This document shows positions 1-9,555 of a stretch of 64,000 bases of DNA, one piece after another. Every line of letters starts with the position of its first letter. The stretch's first letter is position 1. The notes under the pieces were generated by a model. That model was not told the origin of the DNA and did no database searches. It worked only from the letters and a program-made list of their open reading frames with translations. The stretch is from Candidatus Woesearchaeota archaeon (GTDB lineage: Archaea; Nanobdellota; Nanobdellia; Pacearchaeales; GW2011-AR1): contig CAZIFJ010000001.1 of the NCBI GenBank assembly GCA_964538235.1, positions 31,348 through 95,347 on the forward strand. The letters run 5' to 3'. A program made the position numbers and the translations under genes.

Positions 1-230
1 CTTGAAATACCTTTTCCGTAATGTCCTTTCCAGTCATGTCTTTTATGGCTTATTGTTCCAGAAGCAGAATGTTTTCTTCCTGCTCTCGGGTCGTTAGAAT
101 AAGGTTGCATTTTTTTATCAACTTCATAATATTTTGCTACAATATCTTCTCTAATTTTACTTTCAAATATTTCTGGAAGCTCAATTATTCCTTTTTTATT
201 TCCGCTTAAATCATGAATTGTTGCTTTCAT
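1..230 (-). CDS. rpl4: 50S ribosomal protein uL4 (N-terminal part, runs off window)
   Basis: Manual translation MKATIHDLSGNKKGIIELPEIFESKIREDIV...AGRKHSASG...GKGISR; ATGA overlap with the rpl3 stop; not in the ORF track. Confidence 0.93.
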   Translation of the reverse strand, partial: MKATIHDLSGNKKGIIELPEIFESKIREDIVAKYYEVDKKMQPYSNDPRAGRKHSASGTISHKRHDWKGHYGKGIS

Positions 231-1165
231 ACTAGTATCTCCTCAAAATCATATTTTTTCTTTTCTTGTTTTTTAGTTTTTCTTATAGCTGGCGTCAATA
301 AAACCTGTCTTTTATTAGGACCTTGAACACTTCCCTTCACAATTAAATAATTTGTTTTTATTTTTCCATAATGTTTAAATCCATTAACTTTATTTATATC
401 CTTTTCAGAAATTTTTCCAGTAAAAATAATTTTTTGATTATAATGTACTCTTGAAAATAATCCTAATTGTCCAGCAACCGGAGATCTAAACGTAACCCTC
501 GCAGGATGCCATGGTCCCAAAGAACCTCTATTTCTCCTTCCCTTTTCAGATTTATGCGCTTTCAAAGTCAAGCCAAATCTTTTTACAGGCCCAGTTAAAC
601 CCTTCCCCTTTGTCAATCCCCTAACATCCAAAAGCCCCGTTTTATTAAAATCAAAAATACTAATTTCTTTCCCAATTAAATTCTTTACAAAATCCAATTT
701 ATTTTTTTCTCCAATAGCAACTTCAATTAAATCAGGAGTTTTTTTAATACTAGTTTGTTTTGGAAGAGAATAAATTATAATTCTCAAATCATTAAATTCT
801 TTTGGAATTTCAGAATCAAAACTTTTCAATGTTTTTGGAACTTTCAAAGTTCTTTTTAGTTCTTTGTCATTAGAAACAATTACTTCTTTCAAAACTTTTC
901 CATATTTATAAAATCTAACAGAAAATATTTTTATATTTGGAGTTTCAAGAATAGTTACAGGAATAACAATTCTTTTTCCTTTAGTCATAGAATGTTCTGT
1001 GTTGTCTTTAACAACTGCGCTCGCCATACTAACTTTATATCCAATGAATCCAAGAATTCCCTCACCCTTTACCGGCTCCCAGTTTACACTAGGAATAATT
1101 TTTCCAGCTCTCTTACGAGGCCAAAACTGCAAACTTCCATGTCTTGGTGATGATGGTGCTCCCAT
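227..1165 (-). CDS. rpl3: 50S ribosomal protein uL3
   Basis: PRHGSLQFWPRKRA N-terminus, GYKVSM, TKGKGLTGPVKRFG, GSLGPWHPARV, KGSVQGP motifs. Confidence 0.97.
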   Translation of the reverse strand: MGAPSSPRHGSLQFWPRKRAGKIIPSVNWEPVKGEGILGFIGYKVSMASAVVKDNTEHSMTKGKRIVIPVTILETPNIKIFSVRFYKYGKVLKEVIVSNDKELKRTLKVPKTLKSFDSEIPKEFNDLRIIIYSLPKQTSIKKTPDLIEVAIGEKNKLDFVKNLIGKEISIFDFNKTGLLDVRGLTKGKGLTGPVKRFGLTLKAHKSEKGRRNRGSLGPWHPARVTFRSPVAGQLGLFSRVHYNQKIIFTGKISEKDINKVNGFKHYGKIKTNYLIVKGSVQGPNKRQVLLTPAIRKTKKQEKKKYDFEEILV

Positions 1166-1206
1166 TTGTTTTTGTTATCATTTTTTTGGCAACAACTCTA
1201 CCATTT

Positions 1207-1324
1207 AATTGACATTTGTTATCAGCAAATATCTCAATTATAGTCAATGACATTGATACTTCCTCAGCTATGTCTTGACTATCAAGGGAAAGACATACAA
1301 TCTAATAAATTATTTATGTCTTTC
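1207..1324 (-). promoter_or_regulatory. Three tandem hairpins in the probable 5' leader of the rpl3 operon
   Basis: Inverted repeats 1288-1297/1315-1324, 1240-1247/1275-1282, 1207-1218/1226-1239; TATA-like TTTAAAAA near 1356-1363 on the minus strand. Confidence 0.55.
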
Positions 1325-1417
1325 ACTATAGATTCTATTTTCAAATGAAGAATGCCTTTTTAAACGTTTCTTCTTGAAAAAAAGATGAATTTAGAGAAAA
1401 ATTCATTAAGATTTGTT

Positions 1418-1748
1418 CTATTCAAAGTAAGAAAAATTATTTTCATATTCACTTAATTTATCTAATTCTATCCTAAAAATTCTTATATTTGTATCTTTTA
1501 TTTGTTTTATATGTTCTGAATTTAACCAGTGTTTGTGCTCTTTTTCAACATATTCTGCAACTTCTTTTGAAGGAACAATAAATATTTTTGGCGAAGTAGC
1601 TTTTTCTTTAGAAATATAAACGAAACAATAAAATATCAATCGATTTTGTGTTACCTAATGTTAAGGTTGCTTCATATCCTTCAAGGAAAAAACAATACAT
1701 CGCATAAAATTCTCCAGCAAGATTTATTCTATTACTTTTCTCAGCCAT
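1418..1748 (-). pseudogene. Disrupted PD-(D/E)XK-type nuclease (internal deletion plus frameshift)
   Basis: LAGEFYAMY...GYEATLTLGNTKSIDIL in one frame continues as FYCFVYI...FIVPSKEV in another; the expected (E/Q)VK strand is missing. Confidence 0.6.
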
Positions 1749-1808
1749 GTTCTTGTTTAATAATCCTATATTTCTATACTCTATATTCAAGATTAAATCC
1801 TTTTTAAT

Positions 1809-2534
1809 CTAATCCTGTTCAATTCTCGGAGCCAGAACAAAAGACAACATTATATTCCCAGTCATAAAATTAATTCTCATTGGATGATTATCAGAAAAAT
1901 TAATTGAAACTCTTGAAGAAATTTTAGCTCCCTTGACAAATTTTTGTAAATATTCTAGAGAGAATCTTGCAGTTGAATAATCAGAATGTATCTCTGCTTC
2001 ATCAGAAGAAAATTCTGCTCTTGCAGAATTTAATCCAGAAGCTTCAACAATAAATCTATTTGGCTCAGCAATAAAAGTGCAGGCATCAGAAACAATCGCA
2101 GAATCTTCTATAACTTCAACAAAAGCATCAGCATTTAATTTTATTACAGATTTAAATTCCCATTCAGGCATTTCTTTTTCATTCGCTTCAATATCAATCA
2201 AAGCTAGCATAAAATCTCTTTTAATTCTGTCCTGAATTCCAAGTTTAAGTTTATTTTCATTTTTTTCAATTATCAAAGCGCTTCCAGGTTTGCATCTTCT
2301 TAAAACAGATTTTAAATTATCAAGATTTATTCCCAATTCTTCATTTTTTTCAACATTAAACTCTGCAAATAAGTCATTTGGAATTTTGAAATAAACCATA
2401 GCAACATTTGCAGGGTCAATTGCGGTCAAGCTCACCCCCTCATTGTTTATTTTCAATCTAACTTCTGTTACAAGCTCAGAAATTATGGAAATAATATCTG
2501 CAAAAATTTTTGGGTTTTCTAATTTCAATAACAT
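1809..2534 (-). CDS. pcn: DNA polymerase sliding clamp PCNA
   Basis: AIDPANVAMV, FSLEYLQKF, FVLAPRIE; start moved to ATG 2534 (MLLKLENPK). Confidence 0.96.
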   Translation of the reverse strand: MLLKLENPKIFADIISIISELVTEVRLKINNEGVSLTAIDPANVAMVYFKIPNDLFAEFNVEKNEELGINLDNLKSVLRRCKPGSALIIEKNENKLKLGIQDRIKRDFMLALIDIEANEKEMPEWEFKSVIKLNADAFVEVIEDSAIVSDACTFIAEPNRFIVEASGLNSARAEFSSDEAEIHSDYSTARFSLEYLQKFVKGAKISSRVSINFSDNHPMRINFMTGNIMLSFVLAPRIEQD

Positions 2535-2623
2535 ATTTTTATTGAAAATGCAAAACTTATAAGCATTATTGTGATTGAAAAACAGCACAATAAACGATAT
2601 AAAACAAGATAATAATTAATTAT

Positions 2624-4201
2624 ATGGAAAAAGAAGAAAGAGTTAAGTCAATAACACATATTTATTATCTAAATCCAAAACTTCAAGAATATTTTTTGAA
2701 ATTTTCTTCAGGAAGAGAAGTTGTTCCAAGATACTTTGAATCTTTCGGCAAACGTCCAGATACATTACAATATCCTTCAGATATTTTAAGTTTAGTAAAA
2801 AAAGGAGCGACTTCCTTTCACGCTTCAGAAGAAATTTGGAGAGATGTTCTAAAGATAAATTCCGACATGTCTCAAGGAGAATTAAATGAATTAAGAAGTT
2901 CATGGGATTTATTAATTGATATAGATTCTCCCTATTTAGATTATTCAAAAATCGCCGCAAAATTAGTTTTAGAAGCTTTAGAAAATTTTAGAATAAAAAA
3001 TTACGGGATAAAATTCAGCGGCTCAAAGGGTTTTCATATAATTGTCTCGGGAAAGGCCTTTCCTGAAATTTTTCAAGGGCAAAAAATGTCTGAAATGTTT
3101 CCAGAATGGCCAAGAGCAATTTGCGAATTTTTAATAAATCTAATCCGCCAAAAGTATAACAAAGAAATAGCAAATTTAGGAATAAACTTTGAAGCAATAG
3201 AAAAAAGATTAAATGTAAAAAAAGAAGACTTTATAGAAAATCTCTGTCCAAATTGTGGAAGAAATTCAAAAAAAGCTCTATCAGTTACATTTGTCTGTCC
3301 AGAATGTAAAACAACAATCCAAAGAAAAAATGTGAAATTAACAAAAAGAAGACTACAATGTTTTAATGCAAATTGTCCAGGAGTTTTAGAAATCCAGGAT
3401 AAAAAAGAATATTTTTATTGTGAATATTGTAATATTTCTTCTTTTGAAAAAAATTTCTCTCAAACTTCAAATAAAGTAGTTTTTGAAAACCAATTAGATT
3501 CAAAAGACTCTGAAAACTTTGAGCAGGGACTTTCAGGAAACGCTTCAGGAAATCTTGATTTAGTTTTAGTTGCCCCAAGACACCTTTTCAGAATGCCTTA
3601 CGCTCTCCATGAAAAAACTTCTCTTGCAAGTGTCGTCATAAAAAAAGATCAAATAAGCTCCTTCTCTCCAAAAGACGCATCCCCCCTTAATATTAAATTG
3701 TTAGAATTTCTTCCAAATAATTTTCCAGGAGAAACAGAAAGACTTCTTTCAACAGCATTATCATGGAAAAAAAATAAAGTTTCTGAGGAACAAAAAATGC
3801 AGAATTATAATTCTACAAAATTTTCCGAAAAAAAAGAAATAGAAATCATAGGAGTTACAGAACAGATGTTTCCCAACCCAATAAAAAAATTATTAAAAGG
3901 CCTTTCTGACGGAAAAAAAAGAGGCCTGTTTGTTCTTATAACTTTTCTAAGAGCAGTTAATTTTTCTCGGGAATATGTAGAAAAAAAAATAAGAGATTGG
4001 AATTTATTAAACAAACCTCCATTAAAAGAAGGATATATTAGAAGTCAAATAGACTGGCACTTTAGGCAAAAGAAAAAAATTCTCCCACCAAATTATTCAA
4101 ATAATTCTTTTTATCAAGATTTAGGTTTAATAGACTCTCCTCAAAAATCTAAAAACCCCCTAGTTGATGTTATAAAAAAATTACACTCAAAATCTAATTG
4201 A
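2624..4201 (+). CDS. Fused archaeo-eukaryotic DNA primase (PriS + PriL/PriX-like C-terminus) with Zn-ribbon insert
   Basis: WDLLIDID, KFSGSKGFH, RHLFRMPYALHEKT PriS motifs; C-terminal GLSDGKKRGLF...WN...PPL...ILPPN; divergent from pcn. Confidence 0.88.
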   Translation: MEKEERVKSITHIYYLNPKLQEYFLKFSSGREVVPRYFESFGKRPDTLQYPSDILSLVKKGATSFHASEEIWRDVLKINSDMSQGELNELRSSWDLLIDIDSPYLDYSKIAAKLVLEALENFRIKNYGIKFSGSKGFHIIVSGKAFPEIFQGQKMSEMFPEWPRAICEFLINLIRQKYNKEIANLGINFEAIEKRLNVKKEDFIENLCPNCGRNSKKALSVTFVCPECKTTIQRKNVKLTKRRLQCFNANCPGVLEIQDKKEYFYCEYCNISSFEKNFSQTSNKVVFENQLDSKDSENFEQGLSGNASGNLDLVLVAPRHLFRMPYALHEKTSLASVVIKKDQISSFSPKDASPLNIKLLEFLPNNFPGETERLLSTALSWKKNKVSEEQKMQNYNSTKFSEKKEIEIIGVTEQMFPNPIKKLLKGLSDGKKRGLFVLITFLRAVNFSREYVEKKIRDWNLLNKPPLKEGYIRSQIDWHFRQKKKILPPNYSNNSFYQDLGLIDSPQKSKNPLVDVIKKLHSKSN

Positions 4202-4234
4202 AACATTTTTAAATCTCTTCTACATCTAATTACA

Positions 4235-6061
4235 ATGATAAAAAAAGAGATTTATTTATTTTTTATATTAATTTTAATATTTTCTTTTATTGTAAATGCA
4301 GCAGAAGATGATGTTGATACAGATTCTTCTAATTTGTTAGATGATAATAAATTAATAGATAAAGCATATAAATGTCTTGAAAATAGAATTAAGGATAAAA
4401 CAATTTCATTAGAAGAGGCTATTTTTTCAACTTTGGCTATTGGCGAAAAAACAGAATCAAAAAAAATTATTGACGAACAAAAAAGCACTAAAGATTGTTG
4501 GCCAAAATCTTCTTGCTCAATAAAGACAACTTCTCAAGTTGCTCTTGCTTACGAAAGAATAGGAAAATCAACAGCAGACATAAAAAAATGGCTTTTATCA
4601 AATTCAGACATAACAAAAGATTTGCTTTGGTATTTGCAGATTGATATTGCAAATCATATTCCTGCAAAATGTGACATAGATTCTGGCTCAGGAAAATCCC
4701 AAATAACTATCTTAGATGATATGACTATAACTGGAAATCCAGGAAGCTGTTTAAGGATTGCAAATTTAGATTACTGGTTAAGAATAGAAAACACCTGCTT
4801 AGATAAAAGATTCAAAATATCTTGTGATCAAGATTTTGTTTCTTCTTTAATTTATCAAAAGCAACAAGATGGCACAACTTATGTTTCTTCGGAAACTCAT
4901 TCAGCAACATCTTTAGGCGCAACATATGAAAAAGTCAATGCAAAATGTTTCAAAACAGGAAATTCTTGCGATTATGAAGGAACTCTCTGGGCAACACTTG
5001 CTCTAGAAAAAATGCGCTACGAAAATGTTTCAGAGTTTATTCCGTATCTTTTAGCAATGTCAGATGAAAATTCAAAATATTTCCCAAACTCATTTATTCA
5101 CATTTTAACAGGCAGTGACGATAATTACGCTTCAGTAGTTGAAAAACAAAAACAAAATAAATATTGGGATATAATTGGCTCTTCTTACGGAAGATTTTAT
5201 GACACGAGTTTAGCGATGCTTTCTCTTCAAACAACTTCATCTTCAGAATCAGAAAGCGCAAAGCAATATCTTTTAGGAATTCAAACAGAAGACGGTTGTT
5301 GGGATAATAACAACATTAGAAGCACAGGATTTATTTTATATTCTGGTTTTGGAAAAGATGTTCCAAGAGGTCCTGGTGGTGCGCGATCAGACGCAGAATC
5401 TTGCGAGCGCGCAGGATATTCATGTGAAATAGAATCTGATTGTCGTGCAGCAGGAGGAAATATTTTAGCAAATTACGATTGCACCACTACTTTTGGTTTG
5501 TGTTGCTCAATAAAAGAAACAGAAAAAACTTGCACAGAATTAGGAGGCGATGAATGCACCTCTAATCAAGAATGTTCAGAAAGGGAAGTACCCTCAGCCG
5601 AAGGAACTTGTTGTTTAGGAACTTGCGAAAATAAGAGAGCGCAAAACACTTGTGAAGTAAATGGTGGAGATTGTGCTTCCTCTTGCGATTCTTCAGAAGA
5701 AAAATCATCTTTTAGTTGTACAGATTCAGAAGAAATTTGTTGCGTTGAAAAAGACGAGCCAATAAAACCAAAATCAAATATAATTTGGATTTTAATTTTA
5801 GGAATTTTAATTTTATTAGTTATCATCGCAATAATTTACAGAACAAAAATCCAAATTTGGTGGCACACATTTACCGGAAGAATGAGTAGTTCTCCAGTAA
5901 CAAGGGGTCCACCTCCAGGAGCATCCCCCTCTTTAATGTCTTCAAACTACAGAAGAATTTCTCCAAGACCACAAATAAGACCATCAACAAGAAGACCAGC
6001 CTCACAAGTTGATAAAGAAATGGAAGAGACTCTAAAGAAATTAAAAGAAATGAGCAAATAA
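4235..6061 (+). CDS. Secreted, C-terminally membrane-anchored protein with alpha-barrel-like repeats and Cys-rich repeats
   Basis: Signal peptide; QxxDGCW-like motifs; repeated C-x3-GG-x-C...CC; TM helix followed by a Pro/Arg-rich tail. Confidence 0.7.
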   Translation: MIKKEIYLFFILILIFSFIVNAAEDDVDTDSSNLLDDNKLIDKAYKCLENRIKDKTISLEEAIFSTLAIGEKTESKKIIDEQKSTKDCWPKSSCSIKTTSQVALAYERIGKSTADIKKWLLSNSDITKDLLWYLQIDIANHIPAKCDIDSGSGKSQITILDDMTITGNPGSCLRIANLDYWLRIENTCLDKRFKISCDQDFVSSLIYQKQQDGTTYVSSETHSATSLGATYEKVNAKCFKTGNSCDYEGTLWATLALEKMRYENVSEFIPYLLAMSDENSKYFPNSFIHILTGSDDNYASVVEKQKQNKYWDIIGSSYGRFYDTSLAMLSLQTTSSSESESAKQYLLGIQTEDGCWDNNNIRSTGFILYSGFGKDVPRGPGGARSDAESCERAGYSCEIESDCRAAGGNILANYDCTTTFGLCCSIKETEKTCTELGGDECTSNQECSEREVPSAEGTCCLGTCENKRAQNTCEVNGGDCASSCDSSEEKSSFSCTDSEEICCVEKDEPIKPKSNIIWILILGILILLVIIAIIYRTKIQIWWHTFTGRMSSSPVTRGPPPGASPSLMSSNYRRISPRPQIRPSTRRPASQVDKEMEETLKKLKEMSK

Positions 6062-6097
6062 AGACAAATTTATATAACTAAACATTTATCTTATTAT

Positions 6098-7330
6098 ATG
6101 AAAAAGATTAATATTTTAATTTCTTTGATAATCTTTATTTATTTTATCTCAATAGCCTCCGCAATTTCAGCAACATTAAAAGAATCCTATTCTCCTAAAG
6201 AAACAATAATAGCAGAAATTTCAGGAAATATCTTGGGCTCTTTATCATCAGACAATATTGAATTTAAAAGAGGAAACGTTAGAGTTCCTTTAGAATACGA
6301 GCTAAAAAAATTAGACAATAAATATTTTCTTTGGTTTGTTGCCCCAGAATCTCAAAATAATTATACTTTAATTATAAATAATATTGAAACAACAATTTCA
6401 GGAAAAAATGAAGAAATAGATTTCTCACAAAATTTCTCAGTTTTAGGGAATCTCTCAAGTTACACAATTAAACCAGGCGCAATTTTAGCAAATGAAGATT
6501 TTGAAATATCTGTTTTTTTAAACGAAGATTTTGAAAAGATAGTTTCTATTAGCGCTCCAGAAACTCATGAAGTTTCTATCAAGCCAGGAGAAAATAAGAT
6601 AAAATTTAAATTTTCAGATTTTGAAAAAAACAAAATTTTAGGAATTGATTTAGGAATTTATAAAATTCCAATATTTCTTATTTCCGATGAAAAAAATTCA
6701 GATTTACAAATATTAAGGTTTTCTCCAAGAACAATTGAAAAAATATTTTTATCTTCAGATGAAGAATTAGATTACATTTTCTCTTTAGATAATTTACAAA
6801 ATAAAAAATTAGAAAATATAGAATTATTTTATGACAAAGAAAAATTTAAAATTTCTCCAGATAAATTTTCGTTAGCTCCAAAAGAATCAATTTCCCTAAC
6901 TCTAAAAATAAAAGGAGGCGATGGAGATAAAATAGAAGATTTTGTCTATGCCAAGTACAAAAATGACTCTATTCCTCTTTATTTAGATATTCGCTTCAGC
7001 GATAATCCTGAAGAAGAATTAGATTTTATAAATAATTCAGAAAATTCTTCTATAAAAGGATATTATTGTCACGAATTAGAAGGAAAATTATGCTCTGCAG
7101 GAGAAACTTGTGAAGGAAAAACAAAACAATCATTAGATGGAATCAAAGGAGTTTGCTGTATAGGAAAGTGTGTAATCCCAAAAAAGTCAAACTCTTGGAT
7201 AGGATATTTAATTGCATTAATATTAACAGGAGCAGTGATTTTTATTTGGTTTAAATATAGAAAAGTAAAGCCAGAAACTAATCCTGTAGCTAAAATTGCC
7301 TTAGAATCTAAAAAAGAAAATATTCCTTAA
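6098..7330 (+). CDS. Membrane-anchored surface protein with one Cys-rich repeat
   Basis: Signal peptide, CHELEGKLC...CCIGKC, C-terminal TM helix. Confidence 0.7.
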   Translation: MKKINILISLIIFIYFISIASAISATLKESYSPKETIIAEISGNILGSLSSDNIEFKRGNVRVPLEYELKKLDNKYFLWFVAPESQNNYTLIINNIETTISGKNEEIDFSQNFSVLGNLSSYTIKPGAILANEDFEISVFLNEDFEKIVSISAPETHEVSIKPGENKIKFKFSDFEKNKILGIDLGIYKIPIFLISDEKNSDLQILRFSPRTIEKIFLSSDEELDYIFSLDNLQNKKLENIELFYDKEKFKISPDKFSLAPKESISLTLKIKGGDGDKIEDFVYAKYKNDSIPLYLDIRFSDNPEEELDFINNSENSSIKGYYCHELEGKLCSAGETCEGKTKQSLDGIKGVCCIGKCVIPKKSNSWIGYLIALILTGAVIFIWFKYRKVKPETNPVAKIALESKKENIP

Positions 7331-7854
7331 GACTTTTTCTTTTTTAATTTTTTAATTTTTTTCTTTTCCTTTTTTTCTTTCGTTGCTATTTCTTCAAGCT
7401 TTTTTTCTTCGTTCAATCTTTGTTCTTGTTTTTTAAATAAATGCGGAGCAATTTCATATAACTTCTTTAAAAGAATATCTTTTTCAGCAATCATTTTCTT
7501 TGCAATTCCATCGTAATTATGCAGTCTTTGAACAAGCCTGTTCCCAATCTCATTTATTCTAGAATTTTCAAATGTAATTTTTTCAGGAGAAATAATTTCT
7601 ATATGTGCAGGCATATAGGCAAACATAATTCCAAAATAATTTTCAATAGAATCTAATTCTACAGTTACTTCTGCAAACGAAGTGAACAAATTATTTGCGT
7701 CTTTAACTTCAACAGGCTCATGTTGATTTTCTTCAATTATTTTAACTCCGGTTTCAGCTCCTAATTTATTAATAAGTAAACCAAGCGATTCTTTTACATT
7801 CTCTTTTGGTCTTCCAAGAATCTCTAATACAAGAACTGCCTGAATTTTTTCCAT
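7327..7854 (-). CDS. Conserved archaeal hypothetical protein
   Basis: 175-aa ORF, EILGRPKE...FAEV...YMPAHIEII pattern. Confidence 0.7.
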   Translation of the reverse strand: MEKIQAVLVLEILGRPKENVKESLGLLINKLGAETGVKIIEENQHEPVEVKDANNLFTSFAEVTVELDSIENYFGIMFAYMPAHIEIISPEKITFENSRINEIGNRLVQRLHNYDGIAKKMIAEKDILLKKLYEIAPHLFKKQEQRLNEEKKLEEIATKEKKEKKKIKKLKKKKS

Positions 7855-7888
7855 ATCGGCAATATGAAATTGTGAGTTTTAAAGCTTT

Positions 7889-8896
7889 CTAAAAAATGAC
7901 AGAATAGCCCTTTACTCGCAATATTTTCTCAACACTTTCATTTATTCTTTTTCCTGAAATCAGACCATCTTCTACAGCTTCCAACACCTCATTTATCCTC
8001 GATTTTATCCGATGATATGGAAAGAAAATCGGTGATGCATCTATTATCATATCATTTCCAGCATTAATAAGGTCAATGTATATTTTTTCTGAATTAAACA
8101 AATAGGAAATTTTTAATCCCCACATGCTTATTTCATCGCTAATTACAAGCCCATCAAAATCTTTTTTAAGATAGGATATAACTTCCGGAGAAATCGTGCT
8201 TTGTTTTCCTTTTGATTCCAGCTCTCCAGAAACAATTGGATGCCCAACCATTATAGCAGAAACATTTTCTTTTATTGCATGATCAAATAATTCAAGGTCT
8301 GATTTTTCTAGATTATATTTATACTTAAATTTATGAGGGTCTTTTATCATGCTTCCTCCAGGATAGTGTTTTGCTGTCGCTAAAATTCCATTTTCCTGTA
8401 GACCTTTAATGTAACCAGATATTTTTTCTTTTATCTCATCGTCTGAACCAGTAAAAGATCTTCCAGGCCAAACATTATTTTTTCTTTCTACAACTGGCGA
8501 GAAATCTAAGTTAAATCCAAGCTCTTTTAAGATTTTGGAATGTGAGCTTCCTAATATGTACGCTTCTTGTTTAGAGTTAATCTCTCCAAAATTTTTTGAT
8601 TTAAAAAATGGAAACGGATTCCAATAACCTTCCATATCAGCAGAAACTAAGAGTTTTATCTCCGAGCTTTTTTGATATTTGTTTATAAGGTTAATATATT
8701 CTTCTCTTGTTTTTTTCTTTGATAGATAAATTGCTCCAATTCCTAATCTTGTATATCTCTCATCAAAATTATCACCCCTAACTATTATCATTTGAGCTAT
8801 TTTTTCTTCCATAGATAATTCTGATATGTTTATCTCTTTTGCCGGAATTTGAACCATTAATAGAATAAATAATGACAATATAAAAAACTTTTTCAT
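7889..8896 (-). CDS. Secreted glycoside hydrolase family 3 (NagZ-like beta-hexosaminidase)
   Basis: EEKIAQM, ADMEG, GFNLDFSPV, GRSF, AKHYPG...DPH, IMVGH, ISDEISM, AGNDM; N-terminal signal peptide. Confidence 0.88.
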   Translation of the reverse strand: MKKFFILSLFILLMVQIPAKEINISELSMEEKIAQMIIVRGDNFDERYTRLGIGAIYLSKKKTREEYINLINKYQKSSEIKLLVSADMEGYWNPFPFFKSKNFGEINSKQEAYILGSSHSKILKELGFNLDFSPVVERKNNVWPGRSFTGSDDEIKEKISGYIKGLQENGILATAKHYPGGSMIKDPHKFKYKYNLEKSDLELFDHAIKENVSAIMVGHPIVSGELESKGKQSTISPEVISYLKKDFDGLVISDEISMWGLKISYLFNSEKIYIDLINAGNDMIIDASPIFFPYHRIKSRINEVLEAVEDGLISGKRINESVEKILRVKGYSVIF

Positions 8897-9555
8897 AGTT
8901 TCCTAAGAGCAAGTAAAATTATAATAATTACACAAAAAATAGTAAAAGAATAAACAACCCATGTTCTTGTTTTTTCTCTTTTCGAAATAAAAATTTCATT
9001 ATCTTTTTTTACTTCATTAAGTATTATCTTCCCATCAATAAAGTCGCTTTCAATTTTATTAGAAATATTTTCTACTTTTTCCTCCTCTTTTAATTTTTCT
9101 TCTATTTCAGAATTTTTATTTTCCGTTATAATTTTTTCTTTATCATCTTCAATTTTTTCTTCTTCTACATTTTCAGAGCCTTCAACTTTTTCATTATTAA
9201 TTTTAATATTGTTGCAAGACTCGCTAAAACTTGTTGAATTAACTTTTCTCAATCTTGCGCAAACTTTAGTTTCTCCTTCAAAATCATTTACTTTTATTCT
9301 AAATTCTTTCTTTTCTGGAAAAGCAGATTTTACATAATAATAAGAACTTTTCCATCCATCAGAGAAAATTTCAGAAATTGTTTTGGATGTAGAATTCCCA
9401 ACAAAGATTTTCACATCATATTTTTCATTTTCATCACTTATTATTTTAACATTAAATTCGTTTCCAGCTTCACTAGGAGATTCAATGCTAAAATTCAAGC
9501 CGGAAACATTCGAAATTAAAAATAAAAGAAGAAAGCTAATAACCATAACTTTCAT
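8893..9555 (-). CDS. Membrane-anchored hypothetical protein
   Basis: Signal peptide, acidic linker, C-terminal TM; overlaps both neighbours. Confidence 0.7.
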   Translation of the reverse strand: MKVMVISFLLLFLISNVSGLNFSIESPSEAGNEFNVKIISDENEKYDVKIFVGNSTSKTISEIFSDGWKSSYYYVKSAFPEKKEFRIKVNDFEGETKVCARLRKVNSTSFSESCNNIKINNEKVEGSENVEEEKIEDDKEKIITENKNSEIEEKLKEEEKVENISNKIESDFIDGKIILNEVKKDNEIFISKREKTRTWVVYSFTIFCVIIIILLALRKL

